The notes beneath the pieces were generated by a model. It was not told the DNA's origin and did no database searches. It saw only the letters and a program-made list of their open reading frames with translations. A stretch of DNA of 64,000 bases. Origin: Gemmatimonadales bacterium (GTDB taxonomy: Bacteria > Gemmatimonadota > Gemmatimonadetes > Gemmatimonadales > GWC2-71-9). The first letter of the stretch is position 1. Each line of letters begins with the position of its first letter. The position numbers were made by a program, and so were the translations under genes. The DNA lies in the NCBI GenBank assembly GCA_035604455.1, contig DATNIM010000009.1:1813-65812 (forward strand), in the 5' to 3' direction. Positions 38,459 through 47,613 of this stretch are shown piece after piece.

Positions 38459-39757
38459 TCACGGCCACAGGCGGTAGAGCGTGCGCGGAAAGGCGATCGC
38501 CTCGCGCACGTGCGGGATGCCGCAGATCCACGCCACGGTGCGCTCGATCCCGAGCCCGAACCCCGCGTGCACGAACGTGCCGTACTTGCGCAGGTCCAGG
38601 TACCACGTGTAGGCGTCCTCTGGCAGGCCCTCGGCCCGGATCCGGGCGAGCAAACGATCGTAGTCGTCCTCCCGCTGGCTGCCGCCGATGATCTCCCCGT
38701 ACCCCTCGGGCGCCAACAGGTCGTTGTTGAGCACGGTCTTGGGGTCGGCCGGATCGACCTTCATATAGAAGGCCTTCACGTCCTTCGGATAGTTGTGGAC
38801 GAAGACGGGCCGATCGTACTGGCGGGCGAGGAGCGTTTCGTCGTCGCCGCCCAAATCGGCGCCCCAGGTGAGATCGCTGCCGAGCTCCCTCAGTCGGGTG
38901 ATCGCGTCGGTGTAGGAGATCCGTGGAAAGGGCGGCGTCACGCGTTCGAGCGGGGCGAGATCGCGCTCGAGTTCGGTGAGCTCGGCGCGGCGGCGCTCGA
39001 GGCAACGGGCCACGATCGCCGACACGAATTCCTCCTGCAGCCGCATGTTGTCGTTCGAGTCGTTCCAGGCCACCTCCGGCTCGACCATCCAGAACTCCGT
39101 CAGGTGCCGGCGGGTTTTCGATTTCTCGGCGCGAAACGTGGGGCCGAAGCAATACACCTTCCCGAGCGCCGCGGCGGCGGCCTCGACGTACAACTGCCCG
39201 GTCTGGGTCAAGTAGGCGGTGCCGAGGTCGAAGTACTGGGTTGCAAACAGGTGCCCCGCGGCCTCGCCGATCGCGCCCGTCAAGATGGGCGTGTCGACGA
39301 GCGTGAAGCCCCGATCGTAGAAGAAGTCCCGGATCGCCTGGATCGCCTCGTGCCGCACGCGGGCGATGGCCACCTGGCGCCGGCTCCGGAGCCAGAGGTG
39401 CCGGTGCTCGAACAGGTACGCGGTCCCGTGTTCCTTCGGCGTGATGGGGAACCCCTCGCTCGGTCCGAGGATCTCGAGCGCCTGGGCGTGCAGCTCGACG
39501 CCCCCCGGCGCCCGGGCGTCGCGCGCGATCCGACCCGACACGGCGACCGAGGTCTCCTGGGCGAGTTGACCGAGCGTCGCCCACACCGCCTCGGAGACGT
39601 CGTTCTTCGATACGACGACCTGCAGGTATCCCGTGCCGTCCCGCAGGGACAGAAACGCGATCTTGCCGCTGGTCCGCGCGCTCATGACCCAGGCGCGCAC
39701 CGTGGCCGTCTCGCCCGCGTGCGCGGGGAGCGCTTCGATTCGCAGATTGTCGGGCAT
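38459..39757 (-). CDS. asnS: Asparagine--tRNA ligase (short, archaeal-like form)
   Basis: 432-aa ORF with class IIb motifs. FGPTFRAEKSKTRRHLTEFWMVEPE is AsnRS-like, and the C-terminal GFGLGIER is present. Confidence 0.88.
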   Translation of the reverse strand: MPDNLRIEALPAHAGETATVRAWVMSARTSGKIAFLSLRDGTGYLQVVVSKNDVSEAVWATLGQLAQETSVAVSGRIARDARAPGGVELHAQALEILGPSEGFPITPKEHGTAYLFEHRHLWLRSRRQVAIARVRHEAIQAIRDFFYDRGFTLVDTPILTGAIGEAAGHLFATQYFDLGTAYLTQTGQLYVEAAAAALGKVYCFGPTFRAEKSKTRRHLTEFWMVEPEVAWNDSNDNMRLQEEFVSAIVARCLERRRAELTELERDLAPLERVTPPFPRISYTDAITRLRELGSDLTWGADLGGDDETLLARQYDRPVFVHNYPKDVKAFYMKVDPADPKTVLNNDLLAPEGYGEIIGGSQREDDYDRLLARIRAEGLPEDAYTWYLDLRKYGTFVHAGFGLGIERTVAWICGIPHVREAIAFPRTLYRLWP

Positions 39758-39766
39758 AGGCGCGGC

Positions 39767-39796
39767 ATACTAGCCGCCGGATCGCGGTCCTCGCAA
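39767..39796 (-). promoter_or_regulatory. Candidate sigma70-type promoter for asnS
   Basis: Minus strand TTGCGA-18 nt-TAGTAT, with 9 nt between the -10 and the ATG at 39757. Confidence 0.35.
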
Positions 39797-39803
39797 GCCG
39801 ACG

Positions 39804-41864
39804 CTAACCGACGCGGAAGAGCTCGAGGCCGCGCTCGTAGCGCGCGAGAACGCGGGCGCGGTGCGCCGCATGCGCCGGATCGGTCAGCGTCGGATCGCGG
39901 GCGACCAGCTCAGCCGCCGCGCGACGCGCGGCTTCGAGCAGCGGGAGATCGGTCACCAAGTCCGCGTAGCGGAGCGCGAGCGCGCCGGACTGCCGCTCGC
40001 CGGCCAGCTCGCCCATGCCCCGTTCCTGCAAATCCAGCGCTGCGATCGCAAAGCCGTCGTCGGTGCCGGCGAACGCGGCGAGCCGAGGTCTGGCAGCCCG
40101 GTCGTCGAGCAGGAGAATGCAGTGGCTCGGGAGCGTCCCCCGCCCCACGCGGCCCCGGAGCTGGTGCAGTTGGGCCAGGCCGAAGCGCTCGGGGTGCTCG
40201 ATCACCATCACGGTCGCGTTCGGGACATCGATGCCCACTTCGATCACGGTGGTCGCCACGAGCACGGCGATCGAACCGTCGCGAAACGCGCGCATCACGG
40301 CTTCGCGTTCGACGGCCGGCAGGCGTCCGTGCACGAGCCCGACAGAAAGCTCCGGGGCAGCCTCGCGCAGCCGGTCGGCCATGCTGGTCGCGGCCTTCAG
40401 GTCCGCGCGCTCCGAGCCGTCGATGATCGGGTAGACAACATAGGCCTGGCGGCCCGCGGCCGCCTCCGCCCGCAGAAATTCGTAGAGCTTCGGGCGCGCG
40501 GCCTCGGGGCGAAGCACCGTCTTCACCGCGGGGCGCCCGGCCGGACGCTCGCGCAGTTCGGTGACGTCCAAGTCCCCGTACCAGGTGAGGGCGAGCGAAC
40601 GCGGGATCGGCGTGGCCGTCAAGAGAAGCACGTCCGGCGCGTCCCCCTTGGCGACGAGTGCCGCGCGCTGTTCGACGCCGAAGCGATGCTGCTCGTCGAT
40701 CACTACGAGACCGAGCCGGTGGAACCGCACGGACTCCTGGATGAGCGCGTGAGTCCCCACCACGATCCCGGCCTCCGGGCCCGCGATGCGGGCGCGCGCC
40801 GCGGCTTTGGCCGAGCCCTTGAGCCCGCCGCTCAGCAGCACGGGGCGCACGCCCAGGGGCTCGAGGAGCCGCACAAGCGTCCGATGGTGCTGTTCGGCGA
40901 GCAGCTCGGTGGGCGCCATGAGCGCCGCCTGATACCCGTTCTCGACGGCGAGCAGCATGCCGAAGAGCGCCACGACCGTCTTGCCCGTCCCCACGTCCCC
41001 CATGAGCAGTCGATGCATCCGGAGCGGGGCCGTCATGTCGGCCGCGAGCTGCCGGACGGCGTGCCGCTGGCCCGCGGTGAGCGCAAACGGCAGCGTCGCC
41101 TTGAGGCGGGTCGTGAGGTCCTTCTTCAGCTCGAAGCGGATCCCCGCGCGGGGGCGTTTGGCGAGTGCGCGCGCACGCGCCTGCACGATCTGCTGGTCGA
41201 ACAGCTCGTCGAAGGCGAGTCGCCGCCGTCCTTCCTCGGCCTGGGCGAGGCTCTCGGGGCGGTGAACCGCGGTGAGCGCCGTGCGTAGGTCAACGAGGCC
41301 GAGCGCGCGCAGGAGTGCTTGGGGATGGGGATCGACCACCGTGTCGAGGAGTGTCGGCAGGTGCTGGGCGATGAGCGTCCGGATCTGGCGGTGCGACAGG
41401 CCCTCGGTGGCGGGATAGATCGGCAGGACGAGCCCGCGCTGCGGCGTCTCACCCGCGTCGGCGAGCACGAGAAACTCGCGCGGGACGAGCTGGCGTCCCT
41501 GATAATGCCGCACGGGGCCCGTCACGAGAAGCAGCTGCCCCGGCTTGATCTGCCGCTCGAGGAACGGCTGGCCTGGCCACGCGCCCTCGAGCAGGCCGCT
41601 GGAATCGCGGAGCACCGCGCGGAACACGCGCAGTCCGCGGCGCGTGGGCAGGACACCCGTGCTGACGACGCGGCCAACGCACGTCACCTCGCGGCCGGTC
41701 GTCGCCTGCGCCAGCGGTGTCAGACTGGTGGCGTCGAGGTAGCGGTGAGGCGTGTGGTAGACGAGATCCCCGACCGTGCGGACCCCGAGCCGAGCGAGCG
41801 CTTCCGCACGCCGGGGGCCAACCCCCTTTACATACTTGACCGACGTCCCGAAGTGCAGCGGCAT
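39804..41864 (-). CDS. recG: ATP-dependent DNA helicase RecG
   Basis: ORF 39804..41972 trimmed to the ATG at 41864 (MPLHFGTSVKYVKGVGP). It has helicase motifs GDVGTGKT, DEQHRFG and TATPIPRS, plus a wedge domain. Confidence 0.93.
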   Translation of the reverse strand: MPLHFGTSVKYVKGVGPRRAEALARLGVRTVGDLVYHTPHRYLDATSLTPLAQATTGREVTCVGRVVSTGVLPTRRGLRVFRAVLRDSSGLLEGAWPGQPFLERQIKPGQLLLVTGPVRHYQGRQLVPREFLVLADAGETPQRGLVLPIYPATEGLSHRQIRTLIAQHLPTLLDTVVDPHPQALLRALGLVDLRTALTAVHRPESLAQAEEGRRRLAFDELFDQQIVQARARALAKRPRAGIRFELKKDLTTRLKATLPFALTAGQRHAVRQLAADMTAPLRMHRLLMGDVGTGKTVVALFGMLLAVENGYQAALMAPTELLAEQHHRTLVRLLEPLGVRPVLLSGGLKGSAKAAARARIAGPEAGIVVGTHALIQESVRFHRLGLVVIDEQHRFGVEQRAALVAKGDAPDVLLLTATPIPRSLALTWYGDLDVTELRERPAGRPAVKTVLRPEAARPKLYEFLRAEAAAGRQAYVVYPIIDGSERADLKAATSMADRLREAAPELSVGLVHGRLPAVEREAVMRAFRDGSIAVLVATTVIEVGIDVPNATVMVIEHPERFGLAQLHQLRGRVGRGTLPSHCILLLDDRAARPRLAAFAGTDDGFAIAALDLQERGMGELAGERQSGALALRYADLVTDLPLLEAARRAAAELVARDPTLTDPAHAAHRARVLARYERGLELFRVG

Positions 41865-41868
41865 CGCG

Positions 41869-42750
41869 TCAGGGGCCGAGCAACCGGCGCGCGTAGCGGG
41901 TGGGGTCGAACGCTTCCAGGTCGTCGAGCCCCTCGCCCGTGGCGAGGAATCGCACGGGCACGGCGAGCGCACGGCGGAGGGCGACCACGCTCCCGCCTTT
42001 CGCGGTGCCGTCGAGTTTCGTCACAACGAGACCGGTGAGCGGGAGTGCGGCCGCGAACGTCCGGCCCTGCGCCACGACGTTCTGCCCCGTCGTCCCATCG
42101 AGCACGAGCAATGCCTCGTGCGGGGCCGGCGCTCCGTACACCTTGGCGCTCACCCGCACGACCTTCACGAGTTCCTGAAGGAGTTGCGCGTCGGTATGCA
42201 GCCGGCCGGCGGTGTCGATCAGCACCGTGTCCACCCCCCGCGCTCGCGCGGCGGTGATCGCGTCGAACGTCACGGCCGCGGGGTCGCCCTGTCCCGAGCC
42301 GGGCACGACGCACGGCACGCCCAGGCGTTTGGCCCAAATCTCAAGCTGCTCGACCGCTCCGGCGCGGAACGTGTCCGCCGCGCCGAGTAACGTCGATCGG
42401 CCCGCACCCTCAAGGAGGCGGGCGAGCTTGGCGACGGTGGTCGTCTTCCCGACTCCGTTGACGCCGAACACGAGCACGACCGTGGGCGGCCGGTCGGCGT
42501 GCGCGAGCGTCGTGGGGCCGGGTGCGGCGAGGATGCGCACGACCGCGCGTTCGAGTGCCGCGTGGAACTCCTGGTCCGGCGTCTGAGCGACCTCGGCGAG
42601 GATTGCGGCGGTCGCCGCGACGCCGAAATCCGCTTCGAGGAGCAGGCGCTCCGCCGCCTTCACGTCCCCTGCGCCCCGGCGGCCGAGCACCCGGGCGAGG
42701 CGCTGCCACAGGGACACTAGGGCAGACCCGAGCGCCGGCGCCACGCCCAT
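41869..42750 (-). CDS. ftsY: Signal recognition particle receptor FtsY (short form without an acidic A domain)
   Basis: Last 293 aa of ORF 41869..43812. Motifs are GVNGVGKTTT, DTAGR and TKLDGTAKGG. The start is either the ATG at 42750 or the GTG at 42717. Confidence 0.9.
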   Translation of the reverse strand: MGVAPALGSALVSLWQRLARVLGRRGAGDVKAAERLLLEADFGVAATAAILAEVAQTPDQEFHAALERAVVRILAAPGPTTLAHADRPPTVVLVFGVNGVGKTTTVAKLARLLEGAGRSTLLGAADTFRAGAVEQLEIWAKRLGVPCVVPGSGQGDPAAVTFDAITAARARGVDTVLIDTAGRLHTDAQLLQELVKVVRVSAKVYGAPAPHEALLVLDGTTGQNVVAQGRTFAAALPLTGLVVTKLDGTAKGGSVVALRRALAVPVRFLATGEGLDDLEAFDPTRYARRLLGP

Positions 42751-44447
42751 TCGGCCGCGAACGCGGCAAGGGCGAGCCCGAAGAGCGCGCCGCGGTCGCG
42801 GGCGGACACGGTCTCCACGCGGGCGGTGGCGCGGCCGGGCTGCGCCCGGAGCGTCGGGGGCCGGGGCGGCCACTCGGGCGAGGCCGTGTCGACCGCGACG
42901 ACCCCGCGTTCGGGGCCCCCGTCGAACTCGTAGGCGTAGGCGGCGGGCGGCAGCCGGACGCTGCTCTGCCCGTCCGGTCCGAACCGTAACGTGTCGGTCT
43001 GCTCGCCCGCGCTCGAGCGGAATCGCGCCACAAGGTCGTGGGGAGTCCCGGCCCCGCTCCAGCGCCAGCGAACCGGCGTCCCGTCGTCCGCAACGAGGCC
43101 CACGGGAGTCGCCCGGACGGATTGGGGCGTGTGCGCCCCGAGCAGCCAGTCCGCGAGCGCCGCCATGAGCGTGCGATAGGCCTCCTCGTTCCGGCCGCCG
43201 CGGAACGCCCAGCGATAGAGCCCTGCGCCCGCGATCGTCGCGCGCCGCACCCCACCCCGCTCGGTGAGGGCGACCACGGGTTGGGGTTCGCCCCGACGCG
43301 CGAGACGTGCGGTGAGGACCACGGCGCCGGTGTCCGCCTCGGGCTCTACGCCGACCAAGGGCGGGAGCGAGTCCCAGGCGACGCCGGCCAGAGCCGCCGC
43401 GAGCGGCGACGCGGGCGGCAGATCGACGTACCACTCCCCCGCGGACGTCGCGGGGGCGAGCCGGAGCATCGCGGGCGCGGTAATGGGGGCGCCGGGCGTC
43501 GGCGCGCCCGCCACGACGACAAGTGCGGCCGTGCGCATCGCGCGCCGGACGACGTCGGCGCTGACCGAGGCGAGGGTCGTCCCCTCCACCCAGCTCGCCT
43601 CGCTCGTGCCCCGCCGGATTTGGGCGAAGGTGCGGACCGGTCCACCGCTCAGGGCCGCGAGCGTGCGGGAGAGAAACCGGACATCCCAGTCGGGTGGTGC
43701 CGCTAGCACGACGGTCGTGGGCGCGGCGTTCACGTCCACGACGAACAGCCGGCCATCGTCCCGCGGTTCGGAGTCGCGAACGCCCTCGAGTTTGACGTCG
43801 AGGACGACCCAACCGGCGGGCAGGCTGATCGCGGGAAGCGCGAGGGGGACGGCGACGCTGCCGCTGTCGGGCAGCGTGACCGGCTGCGCCGCGACGTTGC
43901 GTCCTGCGGTCCGCGCGACGAGGGTCGCGCGCACTGGCCCGCGGGCGCGGGGGCCCGCTGTCCCGCAGACGACCGCGAGCCGGAGCGTGTCCGACGCCTC
44001 GACGCGATGCGGACCGGTGATCGAGGCGACGAAGTAATCTCGGAACTCCCCCCGGGCGAGGAGGACGACCTGCGGTGCGACGCGGAGGTCGGGCGCAATC
44101 TGGTCCCCGTCGTCGATCGCGCCGTCCGAGATCACGGCGATCGGCCCGCCGCGGCTCGCGGCCGCGACCAGGGCGGGCTTCAAGGCCGTGGTGCCGTCGG
44201 TGGGAGGCAGAGTGTCGAACGGTGCCACGCTTGCCCCAAAGCGCCAGATCGGCCCCCCCTGCGCGAGTGCCCGGGCGGAGTCCAGTGCCTCGCGCCAGCG
44301 GCCGCCGTATCCGGCCATGCTGAGCGACGCGTCGAGGAGTACGAGCGGCGGGGCGTTCGGGGCCGGGTGGGTGGTGACGGGGTTCCAGAGGAGGACGAGC
44401 AGCGCGGTCACGCCGGTGACGCGGAGCAGCGCCAGCCCGACGGTCAC
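42717..44447 (-). CDS. Membrane protein with an N-terminal TM segment, a VWA-like MIDAS motif and a C-terminal TM anchor
   Basis: Part of ORF 42717..44741 from the GTG at 44447, which has a GTGA overlap with the hisA stop. The TM segment is VTVGLALLRVTGVTALLVLLW. The DxSxS motif is LLDASLSMAG. The C-terminal anchor is ALFGLALAAFAAEWAW. Confidence 0.7.
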   Translation of the reverse strand: MTVGLALLRVTGVTALLVLLWNPVTTHPAPNAPPLVLLDASLSMAGYGGRWREALDSARALAQGGPIWRFGASVAPFDTLPPTDGTTALKPALVAAASRGGPIAVISDGAIDDGDQIAPDLRVAPQVVLLARGEFRDYFVASITGPHRVEASDTLRLAVVCGTAGPRARGPVRATLVARTAGRNVAAQPVTLPDSGSVAVPLALPAISLPAGWVVLDVKLEGVRDSEPRDDGRLFVVDVNAAPTTVVLAAPPDWDVRFLSRTLAALSGGPVRTFAQIRRGTSEASWVEGTTLASVSADVVRRAMRTAALVVVAGAPTPGAPITAPAMLRLAPATSAGEWYVDLPPASPLAAALAGVAWDSLPPLVGVEPEADTGAVVLTARLARRGEPQPVVALTERGGVRRATIAGAGLYRWAFRGGRNEEAYRTLMAALADWLLGAHTPQSVRATPVGLVADDGTPVRWRWSGAGTPHDLVARFRSSAGEQTDTLRFGPDGQSSVRLPPAAYAYEFDGGPERGVVAVDTASPEWPPRPPTLRAQPGRATARVETVSARDRGALFGLALAAFAAEWAWRRRSGLP

Positions 44448-45154
44448 CCGGCGCTCGAGCGTAACGCCTCGGCGAGCGTGAACTTCTGTTCGTAGAGCGC
44501 GCGGCCCACGATCGCGCCGGCCAAGCCGGCTTGCCGGACGGCGCGGAGATCGTCGAGCGCGGCGACCCCGCCCGAGACGATGGTCTCGAGGCCGAGGGCG
44601 GCGAGGGTCTGCGCCCCGGCCACGTCCGGCCCGGCGAGCATGCCGTCCCGTTCGATGTCGGTGTAGATGACCGTCCGGGCGCCCTGATCGCGGACCCGCT
44701 CCGCGAGCGCCACGGCGGTCAGGTCGAACACCTCGGTCCATCCGCGGACGGCGACCTGGCCGCGCCGGGCATCAATCCCGACGGCCAATCGCTCGCCGTA
44801 GCGACCGAGCAGCTGCTCGACGAGCGCGGGGTCCGTGGCCGCCTTGGTTCCGATCACGACCCGGGCCGCTCCCCAGTCGAGCATTTCGACGATCGCGGCT
44901 TCGCTGCGCAACCCACCGCCCACCTGCACGGATACCTTCACGCGGGCGAGGAAGCGCTGCGCAATGTCGCGGTTGTCGCCGCGGCCGAACGCACGATCGA
45001 GATCGACGAAGTGCACCCAACGGGCGCCCGCGGCGGCGAACGCCTCCGCCACCGCGATCGGGTCATCCCCGTAGGCCGTCGCCTGCTCGGCGGCACCCTG
45101 ACGCAGACGCACCACGCGCCCGCCCTGCACATCGACGGCGGGATAGAGTTCCAC
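44444..45154 (-). CDS. hisA: ProFAR isomerase HisA (PriA-like sequence features)
   Basis: 236-aa ORF with MELYPAVDVQGGRVVRL, HFVDLDRAFGRGDN, VQVGGGLRS and GAIVGRALYEQKFTLAEAL. Confidence 0.9.
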   Translation of the reverse strand: MELYPAVDVQGGRVVRLRQGAAEQATAYGDDPIAVAEAFAAAGARWVHFVDLDRAFGRGDNRDIAQRFLARVKVSVQVGGGLRSEAAIVEMLDWGAARVVIGTKAATDPALVEQLLGRYGERLAVGIDARRGQVAVRGWTEVFDLTAVALAERVRDQGARTVIYTDIERDGMLAGPDVAGAQTLAALGLETIVSGGVAALDDLRAVRQAGLAGAIVGRALYEQKFTLAEALRSSAG

Positions 45155-45168
45155 TTGGGGAGCGAAAC

Positions 45169-46437
45169 CTAATCGCGCTGGGCGGCGACCATGGCGGGCG
45201 CAGTCGACTCCTGGTCGAGCGAATCGAGCGCGGCCCGAAAGCCGGTGCGCACGGAGTCGTAGCGGGCCCGCAGCGCTGCCGGGACCGGCGTCCCGGTGCC
45301 GAGGTCGCGGCCACGCGGGTTCATGGCGTGCCCCCCGACGAGGAACTCATAGTGCAGGTGGGGCCCCGTTGAGAGGCCCGTGGAGCCCACAAAGCCAATC
45401 GTCTCGCCCTGCGTGACCTGCTGGCCGACCCGCAGCCCGTGGGCGAACGCCGACAGGTGCCCGTAGCGCGTGCGGATGCCGTTTGCATGGCGGAGCTCGA
45501 TGTAGTTCCCGTAGCCCCCTTCGTCCCACGCGACGACCGTCACACGCCCGTCCGCGGTGGCGCGGACCGGCGTGCCGTAGGGGGCTGCGAAATCGATGCC
45601 GTCGTGGTGGCGCCACTCGTGCAGGATGGGGTGATAGCGCTCACCGAAGCCGCTTGTGATCCGCCGAAACTGGAGCGGCGCGCGCAGAAACGTGCGCTTG
45701 AGCGACCGGCCGTCGTTGTCGTAGAACCCGGCGCCGTCCGGCGCGTTAAAGCGATAGGCAAAGTCGAGGACCCGTCCCCGCTCGACGACCGCCGCCAGGA
45801 TCTGGCCCACGCGACACTCGCCCTCGGCCGACGTGCGGCGCTCGACGAGCACGCGGAAGTGATCCCCCGGACGGACGTCGCGCGTGAAGTCGATGTCCCA
45901 GTCGTAGACGTCGGCCAGGGCCCAAGCCAGGGCGCGCCGCTCCGACGGGGGGAAGACCGACTCCGAGGCCACCCGATCGAGGGCCTCGTACAGCGACGTC
46001 GCGATCACGCCCTGCAGCCCGACCCGCGATACGGCCCACGGAATCGTGTCGACTGCCTCGACCCATCCGGTCTCGCTGCGCTCGAGGCGCACGCGCCACT
46101 CGGGCGCCAGGCGGACGCTGACGCGAGTGGGCACGCTGTCGGTCACGAGGCGGCGGAAGTTCACCACGAGGCCCGCGCGCAGGCGCCGGGCCGGCAGTGC
46201 GGTGGCGGCGGCGAGGAACGCGGTGCGATCGCGCCCGACGATCCCCCGGCGAGCGAGCAGGACGGACAGCGTCTGCCGCCGGCCCAGGGTGTCGGCCGCG
46301 TCGACGTAGGCGCGGGTCACCAAAATCGGCGGAGCGGTGAGCGGGCGGCGGTGGGACCAGGCTTCCCGCGCGGTCCAGCCGCACACGACGACCGCGAGCG
46401 CGCCCGCGGCTGCGTAGCGCCGCGCCGCCCGGGTCAT
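45169..46437 (-). CDS. M23-family metallopeptidase (LytM type) with an N-terminal membrane anchor
   Basis: 422-aa ORF with intact catalytic motifs HDGIDFAAPYGTPV and GPHLHYEF. Its start codon shares one nucleotide with the ftsZ stop (TGATG). Confidence 0.88.
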   Translation of the reverse strand: MTRAARRYAAAGALAVVVCGWTAREAWSHRRPLTAPPILVTRAYVDAADTLGRRQTLSVLLARRGIVGRDRTAFLAAATALPARRLRAGLVVNFRRLVTDSVPTRVSVRLAPEWRVRLERSETGWVEAVDTIPWAVSRVGLQGVIATSLYEALDRVASESVFPPSERRALAWALADVYDWDIDFTRDVRPGDHFRVLVERRTSAEGECRVGQILAAVVERGRVLDFAYRFNAPDGAGFYDNDGRSLKRTFLRAPLQFRRITSGFGERYHPILHEWRHHDGIDFAAPYGTPVRATADGRVTVVAWDEGGYGNYIELRHANGIRTRYGHLSAFAHGLRVGQQVTQGETIGFVGSTGLSTGPHLHYEFLVGGHAMNPRGRDLGTGTPVPAALRARYDSVRTGFRAALDSLDQESTAPAMVAAQRD

Positions 46438-47594
46438 CAGTCCATCTGCCGCCGGATGAAGGTGGGAATCTCGAGCTCGTTCACGTCAGTGGCGGGCGCG
46501 GGCGCCGACGGGCGCTTCATGGCCACATCGACCGGCTTGGGAAACCCGGCCGGCGGTGGCGGCGTGGGCCGGCTCATGCGTTCACGGAACGGCAGGACGC
46601 CGGGCGCGGCCCGCTGCGCATCCGCGGCTGGCTGCTGTTTCTCGAAGCCCGTGGCGATCACCGTCACGCGGATCTCGCCGTGCATCGCGGGATCGTTCAC
46701 CGTGCCGAAGATGATCTCGGCCTCATCGCCCGCGGCGTCCTTCACGACGTCGGAAATCTGGGTGACCTCGCCGAGCGTGAGGTCCTCGCCTCCGGTGATG
46801 TTGATGAGGACCCCGGTCGCGCCCGTGATGGACACGTTGTCGAGGAGCGGGCTCGAAATCGCCTGCTGCACAGCCTCCATGGCGCGGCTCTCGCCGCGGC
46901 CCGTGCCGGTGCCCATGATCGCGGCGCCGCCGTTCTGCATGACGGTGCGCACGTCGGCGAAATCGACGTTCACGATGCCGGTGACCGAAATCAGGGTCGA
47001 AATCCCTTGAGTCGCGTGGAGCAATACCTCGTCCGCTTTCTTGAGTGCGTCCTGGAAGGGAATGCCCTTGCCGACGACCGCGAGGAGCCGCTCATTCGGC
47101 ACGACGACCATCGTGTCGACGTGTTTGCGCATCTCGGCGATGCCCATTTCGCCCTGTCGCATGCGCTTGCGACCTTCGAAGAGGAAGGGCTTCGTCACGA
47201 TGCCGATGGTCAGAGCGCCCAGGTCGCGGGCCATCTGTGCGATGATCGGCGACGCACCGGTCCCCGTACCGCCGCCCATGCCGCAGGTGACGAAGACGAG
47301 ATCTGCGCCGTGCAGGGCGTGGAGCACCTCGTCGCGGTTCTCCTCAATCGCCTGACGCCCGATTTCGGGGCGCGCGCCGGCGCCGAGGCCGCGGGTGAGC
47401 TTCTTGCCGATCTGGACCTTGATGTCCGCCTTGTTGTTCAGGAGCGCCTGGGCATCGGTATTGACCGAGATGAACTCCACCCCGGGCAGACCCTCGGCCA
47501 CCATGCGGTTGAGCGCATTCCCGCCGCCCCCGCCGATGCCGATCACTTTCATGCGGGCGTTCTGCGAAACGGTTTCCTCAAGTTCGAAGATCAT
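46437..47594 (-). CDS. ftsZ: Cell division GTPase FtsZ
   Basis: ORF 46437..47837 trimmed to the ATG at 47594 (MIFELEE...). Motifs are GIGGGGGNA and GGGTGTGASP. The conserved C-terminal peptide is EIPTFIRRQMD. Confidence 0.97.
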   Translation of the reverse strand: MIFELEETVSQNARMKVIGIGGGGGNALNRMVAEGLPGVEFISVNTDAQALLNNKADIKVQIGKKLTRGLGAGARPEIGRQAIEENRDEVLHALHGADLVFVTCGMGGGTGTGASPIIAQMARDLGALTIGIVTKPFLFEGRKRMRQGEMGIAEMRKHVDTMVVVPNERLLAVVGKGIPFQDALKKADEVLLHATQGISTLISVTGIVNVDFADVRTVMQNGGAAIMGTGTGRGESRAMEAVQQAISSPLLDNVSITGATGVLINITGGEDLTLGEVTQISDVVKDAAGDEAEIIFGTVNDPAMHGEIRVTVIATGFEKQQPAADAQRAAPGVLPFRERMSRPTPPPPAGFPKPVDVAMKRPSAPAPATDVNELEIPTFIRRQMD

Positions 47595-47613
47595 GGGTCC
47601 CTCGGGTCCTCGA

